NCBI GenBank assembly: GCA_019659125.1
Contig: JAIFVX010000001.1
Coordinates: 15,437-79,436 of the forward strand
Origin: Candidatus Pacearchaeota archaeon
Lineage (GTDB): Archaea > Nanobdellota > Nanobdellia > Pacearchaeales > GW2011-AR1
DNA: 64,000 nt
Direction: 5' to 3'
Under the pieces are notes generated by a model. That model searched no databases. It was not told the DNA's origin and saw only the letters and a program-made list of their open reading frames with translations. Each line of letters opens with the position of its first letter. Within the stretch, counting starts at the first letter, position 1. The position numbers and the translations under genes are program-made. Positions 8,646-18,579 of the stretch are shown here, piece by piece.

Positions 8646-11600
8646 CTAGTCTTTTTCTTCTTTTGAAGGTTTTGTCTTGGTTGCTAAAGGTCCAGTGACT
8701 TTAACCAATAATCCTGGAAGGCCAGTGCCGACGGGAATTGGCTGGTTAAGAAGAATATTCTCAATCACTGAGTTCAGTTCGTCTCGAGCTCCCTGGATAG
8801 TTGCATTGATAAACTGCTTGTCAGGAGTTTCGAATGTCGCACGGGCAAGAATACTTGCCTTGTCTGAGATGATTCCCATTCTCGTGACTCCCTTGACAAC
8901 ACCTGATGAAGTCATTGCGTCAGCAACAAGCTTGAGATGTCTATCATTGATATCTAATCCTTGAGAATCGATAACATGATGGATTTCATTGATGATAGTT
9001 TGGCGAGCAGCTTCTATTCCAAGTACATTTGATACGTCGTGAATGTCATTCGAAGTGATTTTTGTCCTGTCAACTCCCTTAACCTCAAGAATCTCCTTCA
9101 GGTTACTTCCTGCAGTCAAGATGACAAAATCCTTTCCTCTATTGGCTACAACAACCTGTGAAACACCCTTTATTCCAGAGATGATAGTGTCCTTCAATTT
9201 CTCTTTCAACTTGTAGATTGCCTTGAAGTCCATGTCTCCAGCAACAACGGTGATCTTCATGTCATTACCCTTAGTGCTGAATCCTTTTTCATTCAATCGC
9301 TCGATAATTCTTTGTGATCCGACATGCACCGACTTGAGTGCTTTCTGATCAAGGAGCATTTCAATCTTCTTGCTTGCGAAGTCAATCTTTATTTCAGATG
9401 CTATCTCTTTGAGTGTTACTTCTCGTATCTTTTCAGCAATCGTCTTTGCATCCTTATCATTGTTATGTTCCTTGTCAAGGCCTATCTCCATCTGAGGTGT
9501 AGAAGGTTGCTTTCGTGCATCCAAAATTTCAATTAATCGAGGCAAACCAAGTGTAATCTGCATTTCTGCAACTCCTGCATGGTGGAATACGTTAAGAACC
9601 ATTTGCGTCGAAGCTTCTCCAAATGATTGTGCAGTCACTACTCCCTGAGCTTCTCCAGGTGCGACTTTGTCCTGTTTAAGATGAAGGCGAGAGACATCCT
9701 TTCCATCATCTCCAAACATAAACTGAACGATTCGCTCAGATGCATCTCTAACAGTACCATCATATTCAACTTTCAGGTCCTGCAATGCGCTGACGAGTCT
9801 CCTATACAAGTATCCTGATTTTGGAGTTCTTAATGCAGTGTCCATAAGACTGTCTCGTCCAGTGATAGCTCCAAAGAAGAATTCAGTAGGCTTTAGCCCT
9901 CGGAAGAAAGATGACTTGATGAATCCTCGTGATTCAGGGGCAAGGTCTCCACGCTTAAAGAAGGGCAATGTCCTTTCCGTGTATCCAAAGCTGATTCGCT
10001 TGCTTCCTAATGCTTGCTGACCGACGCAGCATGCGATTTGAGTAATATTCAACATACTTCCTGCAGCTCCTGGTGTGATCATCTTGTTCACGTTTCCATC
10101 AACGGGGAAGTTTGCCTTGACAATAGTTCCCACTTCAGTTCTAACCTCGTTCAATACCTGCAATATCTTGATCTCTCGTGTTTCCTCAGCGCTCTTTCCA
10201 GGAAGCAGTGAAAGTGTTCCCTCTTCGTAATGCTTGATTATTTCAGCAGTCTTTCTCTCGGATTCAGCGACGATTTCTGCAGTTAGTTTCTTGACTTTGT
10301 CTGAAACATTGAGATCATGAAGTGAAAGCGTGTATCCTTTTCTTGATAAGTAGATAGTACCTAAAAGGAATGCTTTGTTGATTGCCTCAACAGCAGTATC
10401 ACGGTCGAATTCCTTGTCAATAATCTTCACCATCTCTCCATTTTCAGCTCCAAATGAGTTGCTTCCAGTTATCTCATGAGGAACTTTTATACTTGATCCC
10501 TTAGGAATTATCTGTGCAAAGACTTCAGTTCCGAGAAGTTCTTTCTTTCGTGCAGTATTAATAACATTTGCAGCGAAAAGAAGCTGATCAGCTTCAGCCT
10601 TCATCATGGTAGCCTTTCCAAGAAGATAGTTCCCCGTGACTGCATCCGCAATAGTTCCAACAAGATTCATGTTGTTCTTTGAGGAAATAATATTCTGATT
10701 TACGTCAAGCAATACCTTAGATTCTGCACGTGCCTCTTCAGTCTGAGGACTGTGGATGTTCATTTCATCACCGTCAAAGTCAGCGTTGTAAGGAGCAGCT
10801 GTTGCAGGATTAAGTCTGAATGTTCTTCCAGGAAGAACTCGGACATAGTGGGCCATAAGGCTTTGCTTGTGCAATGAAGGGTGTCGGTTGAATAAAACAA
10901 TGTCTCCATCTCGTAGATGTCTCTCAATCTTATATCCGGGCTGTATTTCAGCGCATAATTCTTCCTTCAGATCAGCAGTAATCCTCTTTCTCTTTCCATC
11001 AGTTCGTATGACATAGTTTGCTCCAGGATATTTCTCTCCCGCATTGATTAATTCTTTCATTACCTCAAGATTTGCAGTCGTTACGCTTTCAGCAACCGTA
11101 ATGATTCGCGCGATTTCAATAGGGATACCAACTTCATTGATGTTGATGTAAGGATCGGGCGATACGACGGTTCTTCCGGAATAGTTGACTCTCTTTCCAG
11201 CAAGGTTATGTCTAATTCTTCCCTCCTTTCCTTTGATTCTCTCAGTAATCGTCTTCAAAGGCTGTCCAGATCTATGTCGTGCAGGAGGGATTCTTGAAAT
11301 ATTATTGTCAAAGAATGTGGTAACGTGGTATTGCAGCAAGTCCCACAGGTCTTCAATAATGACCTCGGGAGCTCCCGCATTGAGGTTTTCCCACAATCTT
11401 TGGTTAGCTCTAATGATATCGGAGAGCTTGTGTGTCAGGTCGTCTTCAGATCTCTCTCCAGTGTCAAGGGTAATCGATGGTCGTACCGTTACGGAAGGAA
11501 CTAAGATGATGGCCAAGACTGCCCACTCCGGTCTGGCAGTTTTAGGATTAATTCCTATCTTCTTCAATTCATCATCCTGGATGCCTACAAGTCTCTCTCG

Positions 11601-12086
11601 TACTTCAATAGGAGAAAGTCGTTTCTTTCCGATCATAAATGTACTTGGCTTTTCTAGTTTTACTCGCTCAATAGCCTCATTGCAGAATGGACACTTCTTT
11701 GCATCTCGAGCTTTCTTAGCACGCTCTGCGGGAGCATAATTCTTCTGCTTCTCTTCGCTGAGAGTCAGTTTACCGCAATGAGGACAGAAGCTTCGCAAGC
11801 ACAGCTCAATTAAAGGAATATACTTTATATGGAAGACAGGTCGTGCAAGCTCAATGCTTCCTGGATGCCCGGGGCATTCTTTTACTCGCTTTCCGCACGT
11901 TCTGCATCTCACTCCTGGATCAATAGCTCCTAATCGCAAGTCCATTAATCCTCCATCAACAGGGAATCCATCAATGTCATACAATTCTGGAGTCACAATC
12001 TTTGCAGAGCTCAACTTCTTGACCTGGTCGGGACTAAGAAGATTGAATTTGAGTGCTCTAACTTGTTTTCTGAAGTGTGTTTGCAT
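8646..12086 (-). CDS. rpoA: DNA-directed RNA polymerase largest subunit, A' and A'' fused in one 1146-aa ORF
   Basis: N-terminus has the A' zinc motif (CRTCGKRVKECPGHPGSIEL) and catalytic NADFDGDEMNIH; the bridge-helix region (…TPKSGYLYRRLVSALQDL…) is followed without a stop by the A''-type trigger-loop region GEASTQMVLNVFHHAGVAE and the A'' C-terminus; start overlaps the rpoB stop (TAATG). Confidence 0.9.
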   Translation of the reverse strand: MQTHFRKQVRALKFNLLSPDQVKKLSSAKIVTPELYDIDGFPVDGGLMDLRLGAIDPGVRCRTCGKRVKECPGHPGSIELARPVFHIKYIPLIELCLRSFCPHCGKLTLSEEKQKNYAPAERAKKARDAKKCPFCNEAIERVKLEKPSTFMIGKKRLSPIEVRERLVGIQDDELKKIGINPKTARPEWAVLAIILVPSVTVRPSITLDTGERSEDDLTHKLSDIIRANQRLWENLNAGAPEVIIEDLWDLLQYHVTTFFDNNISRIPPARHRSGQPLKTITERIKGKEGRIRHNLAGKRVNYSGRTVVSPDPYININEVGIPIEIARIITVAESVTTANLEVMKELINAGEKYPGANYVIRTDGKRKRITADLKEELCAEIQPGYKIERHLRDGDIVLFNRHPSLHKQSLMAHYVRVLPGRTFRLNPATAAPYNADFDGDEMNIHSPQTEEARAESKVLLDVNQNIISSKNNMNLVGTIADAVTGNYLLGKATMMKAEADQLLFAANVINTARKKELLGTEVFAQIIPKGSSIKVPHEITGSNSFGAENGEMVKIIDKEFDRDTAVEAINKAFLLGTIYLSRKGYTLSLHDLNVSDKVKKLTAEIVAESERKTAEIIKHYEEGTLSLLPGKSAEETREIKILQVLNEVRTEVGTIVKANFPVDGNVNKMITPGAAGSMLNITQIACCVGQQALGSKRISFGYTERTLPFFKRGDLAPESRGFIKSSFFRGLKPTEFFFGAITGRDSLMDTALRTPKSGYLYRRLVSALQDLKVEYDGTVRDASERIVQFMFGDDGKDVSRLHLKQDKVAPGEAQGVVTAQSFGEASTQMVLNVFHHAGVAEMQITLGLPRLIEILDARKQPSTPQMEIGLDKEHNNDKDAKTIAEKIREVTLKEIASEIKIDFASKKIEMLLDQKALKSVHVGSQRIIERLNEKGFSTKGNDMKITVVAGDMDFKAIYKLKEKLKDTIISGIKGVSQVVVANRGKDFVILTAGSNLKEILEVKGVDRTKITSNDIHDVSNVLGIEAARQTIINEIHHVIDSQGLDINDRHLKLVADAMTSSGVVKGVTRMGIISDKASILARATFETPDKQFINATIQGARDELNSVIENILLNQPIPVGTGLPGLLVKVTGPLATKTKPSKEEKD

Positions 12087-15000
12087 TATTGTTCGAATTT
12101 GTTCTTAAGTTCAAATTTAGTGTGAATACCAAGGCCAAGAAGCTCGTCGACAAGCAGTTTGAATGCATACGACATTTCCAATGGCTCTATTTCGCTGCTT
12201 CCGCAGAGCGAGCACGCGATCTTATTTCTGATAATATCTTCATGGGTCATGTTTCCGCAATCCTTACAGATGTACACAACAGTCTTGTCCGAGTCATATC
12301 GTTCCTTTAATAACAATGAGGCTCCATGTCCTGCTAATGCTTGCTGCTCCATTTCTCCTAATCGAAGACCTCCTCCTCGTGATCGTCCTTCTATAGGTTG
12401 TCGTGTGAGTAATGCGACTTTTCCAGAAGCTCGTGCATGCATCTTGTTCTTGACCATATACTTCAACTTCAAGTAGTACATGTTTCCAATATAGATCTTA
12501 GCGTCCATCTTCTTTCCGGTAATACCGTTGTACATAGTCTCTTTTCCATCATAGCTGAATCCCATTTCCTTAAGCTGCCCTTCCAATTCTTCAACACTGG
12601 CTCCGGTGAATGGAGTTCCATCAATGATTCTTCCGGTGACTGCTCCTGTCTTTCCAGCAAGCAATTCAATCAAGTAACCTACTGTCATACGGCTAGGGAT
12701 ACCATGAGGGTTGAACATTAAGTCAGGTCTTACTCCTCGTGCAGTGAATGGAATGTCTTCAGAGTCAGCAATAAGACCAACGACTCCTTTTTGTCCGTGA
12801 GGTGTAGAGAACTTGTCTCCAGGTTCTGGAAGTCTTGAATCTCGGGTTCTTACTTGAGCAATCTTGTTTCCTTCCTGATCTACCGTGATGAATACAGCGT
12901 CAACAACTCCTCTCTCTTCCTGACGTATTGCTGAACTTGCTTCTTTCTTTGACTGTATACTGATGTCTTTTGCCTCACTTAAGAATTTAGGAGGTGTAAG
13001 CTTTCCAATGACAACTTCTCCCTCATTCATGTCTGCTTCAGGGTAGGCAACTCCATCATCTTCCAAGAATCTATAGGATGCCTCTGTTCTATATCCTGAA
13101 ACATCTTTAGCAGGTACAGTAATCTCATCAGAGAGCCCTCCAGGGTATTGTAATTCTGTTGCAGAATATGGTCTGAAGTAAGTATTTCTTCCCATACCTC
13201 TATCAACGCTTGCTTTATTGAGAACAACTGAGTCTTCCATGTTATATCCTTCAAATGGCATGATAGCGACGACAATATTCTGTCCCGATGGATATGCATC
13301 TAAGGTATCATAGACGAATGTTCTAACAACAGGTCTTTGAGGATAGTGGAGGATGGAAACATCAGTGTCAAGTCTGACAAGATAGTTTGCAGCATAGATT
13401 CCAAGACTTTGTTTAAGTGTTTTACTTCCTCTGTTAAGACGAGATGATTGGTCGTGATTTCCAAAAGGAACTAAGCTAGTGATAAGTCCAAAAAGATCAA
13501 TAGGGTGGATTTCAAGGTGCGTGTGCTCAGGAGACAAATCTTCTTGACTCAAAGCAACAAGAGCATTATCTTCTTCAGCGGCATCAATATATTCAATGAT
13601 TCCCTGGTTAAGAAGATCAATCCACTTCATCTTTCCCTGTTCGAGCAATACAAGATATTCATCCTTCAAGGAGCTTACTCCGTTATCTGCAACAATCAAT
13701 GGTCGTAAAACTCTTCCAACTTCAACAGACATGGTGATTTGATTAGTCATCTCATCATACCTGACACTCAATTCTTTAGGAAGCTGTCCCTTTCTTCGTA
13801 CTGCTCGTATTTTTCTTGTAAAGTCTCGAGGATCATTGACGAATCCGATGAATCGCCCGTTGAAGAAGACATCTTTCTCTCCTTCCTTACCAAGCCCAGC
13901 TTCAGTGAATTTCTTCAGGACAACATGCTCATCAAATGCAACGGCCGTTGAAATCTTACTAAGAATGGCTAGGTTCTTTCTCAATCCGATTTCAGTTCCT
14001 TCAGGAGTCTCAGTAGGACAGAATCGACCATAGTGAGTTGGGTGAAGGGTTCTAGCAAGAAAGTTTTCCTGTTCTCCAGGAAGCATGCTAGAGACTCTTT
14101 GTAATTGTGAGAGGATGGCAAGATAATTGGTTTTGTCCATGTTTTGTGTTACACCGCTTCTCTCACCAATCCAACTTCCTGTGGCGATGGCGCTTTCAAT
14201 TCTATGGGTGAACAGTGTCGATTTAGCAATGGTTTTGATAGAATAGAATTTCTTTCTCTTGGCAGTCTTTTGAAGAGAATATTGGATGTCTCGAATAAGA
14301 ATGTTCAAGTTGACTCTAAACAAGTCAGACATCAAGTCTCCTGAGAGCTTTACCCGCTTGTTTGCATAGTGGTCTTTGTCAGTTCGTATCTTGGTTCCTT
14401 CCTTAGAACGAAGATAGAGTCTTAGTAATCTGCAGAGAGTCAATGCTTTCTCAGTTCGTGAAGGCTTGTCCATACCGATATGGGGCAAGAAGAATGAGTC
14501 GATTCTTTGCTTGACTCTGTCAAGAATTTCCTTCTTCGTTCCCTGGATTCCTGACTTTTCAGCAATATACATCATCGCCTCTTCATTATCTTTTATCTGG
14601 GCGAATTCGTAGAGGTTGACAATAAGCCCGTCATTCTCGTGGCTTATGTTCTTGGCAATATCTGCCTCTTTTGTCATTCCTAGGGCCTTCAAAACAACGA
14701 TAGCAGGGATGTTCTTGAGTCTGCTGAATGTCAAATCTAGGATTCCTTCGCTTGTTTCAGCGATAGTGGTAGGGATTCTATATGATCCTCTCTGGGAGAA
14801 GACCCTCAATATTAATCCTTGTCTTCCCTCTTCAATAAATGGCTGGTTGGCTGCAAGGTCCTCGTTCATGACCATGACTCGCTCATTACCATTGATGATG
14901 AAATATCCTCCAGGGTCAAGAGGATCCATGTAGTTCTGGACAAGCTCTTCCTTGTTCATTCCATAGGTAGTGCATGCAGCGCTTCGTACCATGATAGGGA

Positions 15001-15334
15001 TTCTTCCAATTTCAACTTCAGCGCTATCCGCCTGGTCTCCGTATTTCACGCTGATCTCGACGTAGACCGGAGCTGAGTATGTTAAATTTCTTAATCGTGC
15101 AATAGAAGGGGTAATAGTCGTAGAACTTCCATCAGCTTCAATAATATTCGGCTTTCCTACTCGGACTTTGCCGAGCTTGATGTCAACTTCCTCATGATTG
15201 ATAGTCTCATTCAACTCATAGACCAGTTGCTGCATTCTGTTATTGACGAAATCGTTGAAGGAAAGGATGTTCGACTCTACAAGCGAGTGCTGTTCAAGGT
15301 ATTTTCTTACAAGGATATTTTTTTGTTTCATCAT
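12086..15334 (-). CDS. rpoB: DNA-directed RNA polymerase subunit B (unsplit)
   Basis: ~1082 aa from the ATG at 15334, which overlaps the rpoH TGA (the track's longer ORF to 15409 would overlap rpoH by 78 nt); conserved GDKFSTPHGQKG, NPHGIPSRMTVG and a C-terminal Zn ribbon CKDCG…CSLCG. Confidence 0.93.
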   Translation of the reverse strand: MMKQKNILVRKYLEQHSLVESNILSFNDFVNNRMQQLVYELNETINHEEVDIKLGKVRVGKPNIIEADGSSTTITPSIARLRNLTYSAPVYVEISVKYGDQADSAEVEIGRIPIMVRSAACTTYGMNKEELVQNYMDPLDPGGYFIINGNERVMVMNEDLAANQPFIEEGRQGLILRVFSQRGSYRIPTTIAETSEGILDLTFSRLKNIPAIVVLKALGMTKEADIAKNISHENDGLIVNLYEFAQIKDNEEAMMYIAEKSGIQGTKKEILDRVKQRIDSFFLPHIGMDKPSRTEKALTLCRLLRLYLRSKEGTKIRTDKDHYANKRVKLSGDLMSDLFRVNLNILIRDIQYSLQKTAKRKKFYSIKTIAKSTLFTHRIESAIATGSWIGERSGVTQNMDKTNYLAILSQLQRVSSMLPGEQENFLARTLHPTHYGRFCPTETPEGTEIGLRKNLAILSKISTAVAFDEHVVLKKFTEAGLGKEGEKDVFFNGRFIGFVNDPRDFTRKIRAVRRKGQLPKELSVRYDEMTNQITMSVEVGRVLRPLIVADNGVSSLKDEYLVLLEQGKMKWIDLLNQGIIEYIDAAEEDNALVALSQEDLSPEHTHLEIHPIDLFGLITSLVPFGNHDQSSRLNRGSKTLKQSLGIYAANYLVRLDTDVSILHYPQRPVVRTFVYDTLDAYPSGQNIVVAIMPFEGYNMEDSVVLNKASVDRGMGRNTYFRPYSATELQYPGGLSDEITVPAKDVSGYRTEASYRFLEDDGVAYPEADMNEGEVVIGKLTPPKFLSEAKDISIQSKKEASSAIRQEERGVVDAVFITVDQEGNKIAQVRTRDSRLPEPGDKFSTPHGQKGVVGLIADSEDIPFTARGVRPDLMFNPHGIPSRMTVGYLIELLAGKTGAVTGRIIDGTPFTGASVEELEGQLKEMGFSYDGKETMYNGITGKKMDAKIYIGNMYYLKLKYMVKNKMHARASGKVALLTRQPIEGRSRGGGLRLGEMEQQALAGHGASLLLKERYDSDKTVVYICKDCGNMTHEDIIRNKIACSLCGSSEIEPLEMSYAFKLLVDELLGLGIHTKFELKNKFEQ

Positions 15335-15555
15335 ACGATCACCCGATAATAGACATGAGTCTTGTCTTCCTCTTTGCGCTCTATTTTTATGATGTCTCCA
15401 GAAAGGCATGCTTCAGGAAGTGCAGGATCAGTAGCTTTTATTTTTGGAAGCTGCGACAAGGAAATGTTATACTTTTCAAGTAACTCTTTCACCTCATTAG
15501 GTTTCAATTTGGTATGTCGTGGCTGGAGGATATGCATAAGGGAGTGTGAAGGCAT
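15331..15555 (-). CDS. rpoH: RNA polymerase subunit H (Rpb5 homolog)
   Basis: 74 aa; conserved …LSQLPKIKATDPALPE…GDIIKIERKEEDKTHVYYRVIV; first gene of the rpoH-B-A operon. Confidence 0.85.
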   Translation of the reverse strand: MPSHSLMHILQPRHTKLKPNEVKELLEKYNISLSQLPKIKATDPALPEACLSGDIIKIERKEEDKTHVYYRVIV

Positions 15556-15588
15556 TAAATTAATAATGACTCTGGAATAATAAAAGAC

Positions 15589-15594
15589 TATAAA
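15589..15594 (-). promoter_or_regulatory. TATA-like hexamer (TTTATA on minus strand) ~33 nt upstream of the rpoH ATG, preceded by an A-rich BRE-like stretch
   Basis: Minus-strand sequence aaaaagccagTTTTATAgtc… upstream of the operon start. Confidence 0.3.
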
Positions 15595-15705
15595 ACTGGC
15601 TTTTTAAACTTTTCTAAAAGTGCGGCTAATTACAATTACCTCAAAAACCAGCTTAGCGGTCCCTGTAAACAGCCCCCACTTCTTTATATATTTTTCCCTA
15701 GAAAT

Positions 15706-15779
15706 GGCCCCGAAGGGATTTGAACCCTCGACACCTGGATTAAAAGTCCAGTGCTCTAACCAGGCTGAGCTACGGAGCC
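15706..15779 (-). tRNA. tRNA-Lys (anticodon UUU)
   Basis: 74-nt cloverleaf on the minus strand: acceptor GGCTCCG/CGGGGCC, anticodon stem CTGGA/TCCAG with loop CTTTTAA, T-arm GAGGG-TTCAAAT-CCCTT; discriminator A, no encoded CCA. Confidence 0.85.
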
Positions 15780-15878
15780 ATAAATGAGCTACAAAAAGTT
15801 GTTATTTAAATGTTATTTATCTGCATTTAAAAGCTCATGTTGTTGAATAATAATCTTTAAATGGGTATAAATGTATAA

Positions 15879-16730
15879 TTGCAGATAGATGATAGCTTTT
15901 TATTAGAAGAGATAACAGGACAGATAATTAGTTCAGGAGCTGTTGAAATAAGAGATGTTGATTCTGGCCAAAACCCATTCGTCTATAGTTCTGGAAACCG
16001 AGGCCCAGGCTATGTCATGATAAAAGGTCTTGTCGGCCAGCCGAAGACTCTTAATTTTCTGACAAGAAAGTTAGCAGAAAAGATATCCTCACATTATGGC
16101 CCTCACTTTGAATTTGTCGAAGGAAATGCAACAGGAGGCATGGTTCCAGCATGGCAATTCAGATCAGACCTTGAAGATGTGTTAGGATTAGAAAAGGGAA
16201 CAATTCCCTATACTTATTTGCGGGGAACGAGAAAGGAAGGAGGACACGGTGAACTCATAACAGGAAATGCAAATAATCCCCTTATCAAAAAAGGAATGCC
16301 TGCACTGGTTTTTGAAGAATTGGTGAATTATGCGACAACCACTACAAATGCAGCTAAGGAATTCAGAGCGGCAGGCTATCCCGTCTCTCATGGCGCATGT
16401 ATATTGTTTTACGATAACCCTGAAGCCAGGCGGTTGCTTAAGGAAAATGAAGTAACACAATTATATCTTATTACTCTTCCTGAACTCCTAGATGTCGCCG
16501 AGGCAAACAAGCTTCTTTCAAGCACAGCTGTTAATTCCTATCGCGAGTCTTTGAGAGACCCTCTAGGCTGGCAGCTCAGCAGGAATATGGTTATTCCTAA
16601 AGAGTCCGCTAAGAAAGCGCTAGAGCAAGGCATTCACATGCGTGAGTTGCAGGCTGAAGAGGCTCTTAAGCTTGGGGCTCCCGAGGCGTATCTTAAGAAT
16701 GGATTTGTGTACTGGGCTAAGCAAACATGA
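15879..16730 (+). CDS. pyrE: orotate phosphoribosyltransferase-like type I PRTase (283 aa, with C-terminal extension)
   Basis: N-terminal F-x-Y-SSG-x-x-GPGY (OPRT-like) and a PRPP-binding loop LVFEELVNYATTTTNA; stop overlaps the pyrF start (ATGA). Confidence 0.6.
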   Translation: MQIDDSFLLEEITGQIISSGAVEIRDVDSGQNPFVYSSGNRGPGYVMIKGLVGQPKTLNFLTRKLAEKISSHYGPHFEFVEGNATGGMVPAWQFRSDLEDVLGLEKGTIPYTYLRGTRKEGGHGELITGNANNPLIKKGMPALVFEELVNYATTTTNAAKEFRAAGYPVSHGACILFYDNPEARRLLKENEVTQLYLITLPELLDVAEANKLLSSTAVNSYRESLRDPLGWQLSRNMVIPKESAKKALEQGIHMRELQAEEALKLGAPEAYLKNGFVYWAKQT

Positions 16731-17467
16731 GCCAGCCGTTTCTCTATATTGCTCTTGATTATCCGACTCAAGATGAGGTTCTATCTCAGGCAAAAGATTT
16801 CACCCGTGCAGTGAAGGAAGATTACGGATTCAAGGTAAACCTTGACACGATAGCTAATTTTTCTCCCTCTGCTGGAAGCCCGTATGATTTTATGTGGGAG
16901 ATGCTGAGGCTTGAGAAACCCCTCTTTTTTGATTTTAAGATGTGGAATGGGGAGAGAACGATGAGATCAATCATTGAACGCTGCGGTGAGGCTGGAATAG
17001 ATATTGTTAACATCTATGCTCATGCGGGAGAGAAATTTATTAAGAACGTGAAAGAATCACTTGAAAACACACCAACTCTGTTGTTTGCCCTAACGGTTCT
17101 CTCGCATTATAATGATAGTGACACCCGAAGACTCTACAAGCGATCTTTTGGGGATTCAGTGAAAATGTTATCGAGAATTGCCGAGAAAGGAGGGGCTGAC
17201 GGAATTATCCTTCCAGGAACAGAGCTTCACCGTGTGAAAAGAAGTCCTCTACTAAAATTGGCTACCGGGATAAGGCCTACATGGTATAAGAATAAGAAAA
17301 AGAACAATCAGGAACAGATAGTAACTCCTGAGGAAGCTACTGCAGCAGGAGCAGACTTCTACGTCATGGGTTCTCCCATCCTAGATTACGAGACAGAGCA
17401 TGAAAAAATAGAAGCTCTTGAAAGAGTATTATCGGATATTAAGACCGCCGCGTCTCGTCAAGAATAA
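16727..17467 (+). CDS. pyrF: orotidine-5'-phosphate decarboxylase
   Basis: 246 aa; PFLYIALDYP…KVNLD motif typical of OMP decarboxylase; coupled to the upstream PRTase. Confidence 0.7.
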   Translation: MSQPFLYIALDYPTQDEVLSQAKDFTRAVKEDYGFKVNLDTIANFSPSAGSPYDFMWEMLRLEKPLFFDFKMWNGERTMRSIIERCGEAGIDIVNIYAHAGEKFIKNVKESLENTPTLLFALTVLSHYNDSDTRRLYKRSFGDSVKMLSRIAEKGGADGIILPGTELHRVKRSPLLKLATGIRPTWYKNKKKNNQEQIVTPEEATAAGADFYVMGSPILDYETEHEKIEALERVLSDIKTAASRQE

Positions 17468-17774
17468 TACCTTTCCTGAAAGCACCTTTCTCATATCTCT
17501 TTTTCCTTCGTGCGTGATCAAGTTCTCTCATATCGATTCTCTTTGTCCTCACAATGGCGTGGAGGACCTCATAAATATCAGATAGTTCAGATACGGATTC
17601 CTCTTTAATAAATTCATCAACTTCTTCCTGTAGTTTTTCCTTCAATTTCTTCCAATATTCAACAGGATCTGCCCTATGGATAACTGCACTTTTTCCATCC
17701 TTCTCAATAATTTCAGGAACTTTGTCGCGGATGAGTTTATCGTACTTAATTACAAAGGATTTCTCTTTAACCAT
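17439..17774 (-). CDS. MazG/HisE-like all-alpha NTP pyrophosphohydrolase (111 aa)
   Basis: YDKLIRDKVPEII…EE…EL motif pattern of small MazG-like pyrophosphatases. Confidence 0.55.
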   Translation of the reverse strand: MVKEKSFVIKYDKLIRDKVPEIIEKDGKSAVIHRADPVEYWKKLKEKLQEEVDEFIKEESVSELSDIYEVLHAIVRTKRIDMRELDHARRKKRYEKGAFRKGIILDETRRS

Positions 17775-17835
17775 AGAATGCAGAGGAACAATGACTTTAA
17801 ATAAATACCAGGTAAATTTTCATCCAGAGAGAGTG

Positions 17836-18153
17836 CTAAAAACTATCCTTGATGTTTTCAAGAATAGTATCCTTGTCTATAGCCCCTGATACTCGGTTGA
17901 CTTGTTCTCCATCTATGAGGAATAAGGTTGTAGGGATGCTTACAACATCAAATCTCTCTGCCAATCCTTGCTCAGCATCAACATCAACTTTTGCGAAATG
18001 GACACCTTTCGATTCGTGTGCAGCCTCATCAAAATGTGGCTCCATGATCTTGCAAGGGTGGCACCATTCAGCCCAAAAATCTATCACCCACTTTCCTTTT
18101 GATGTATGTTCATCAAAGTTTTTATCAGTCAAAATAGTAATATGATCACCCAT
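17836..18153 (-). CDS. trxA: thioredoxin
   Basis: WCHPCK active site; ~105 aa from the likely start MGDHITIL (track ORF extends to 18195). Confidence 0.85.
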   Translation of the reverse strand: MGDHITILTDKNFDEHTSKGKWVIDFWAEWCHPCKIMEPHFDEAAHESKGVHFAKVDVDAEQGLAERFDVVSIPTTLFLIDGEQVNRVSGAIDKDTILENIKDSF

Positions 18154-18244
18154 TGAACTCCTTACAAGCCATGTGTTAATAAACTTTATGTTCACACCGG
18201 ACGAATATATTTATATTAAAAGCCCCTTTTATCGACGGAGTTGC

Positions 18245-18559
18245 ATGAAAAATAAAACTTTAAAGGACTATTTGGAATCAGAGTTCTCTCTTGAGCCAAG
18301 TAGACATCATGCTGTTGGAGAGTACATGGATGGACATAGTGTCAACTTTGAAATCCCTCTGAAGATCACACATGAGCAGCTCGAGGATGCAATAAACCTT
18401 TATTATATGGAACGAAACTATAAGTCAGATAAGTTTGGAAAAGGAGATCAGCACTTTACTAACCATCAGTATATGGTGGCTGTGACAAGCACACCCATAC
18501 TGAGAGCAGGAAAATACAAGATTACGATATCGATCACCCCGCTGAGAAAACTTAAATAG
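18245..18559 (+). CDS. hypothetical protein (~104 aa)
   Basis: ORF 18173..18559 trimmed to the internal ATG at 18245 (MKNKTLKDY), divergent from trx; no motif. Confidence 0.4.
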   Translation: MKNKTLKDYLESEFSLEPSRHHAVGEYMDGHSVNFEIPLKITHEQLEDAINLYYMERNYKSDKFGKGDQHFTNHQYMVAVTSTPILRAGKYKITISITPLRKLK

Positions 18560-18579
18560 CCATCCAAATTATTAATAGT

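Noticed and set aside
15335-15409. Upstream extension of rpoB (track ORF to 15409)
   Set aside because: It would overlap rpoH by 78 nt; the ATG at 15334 gives the usual ATGA stop/start overlap and an N-terminus (MMKQKNILVRKYLEQ…) typical for RpoB.
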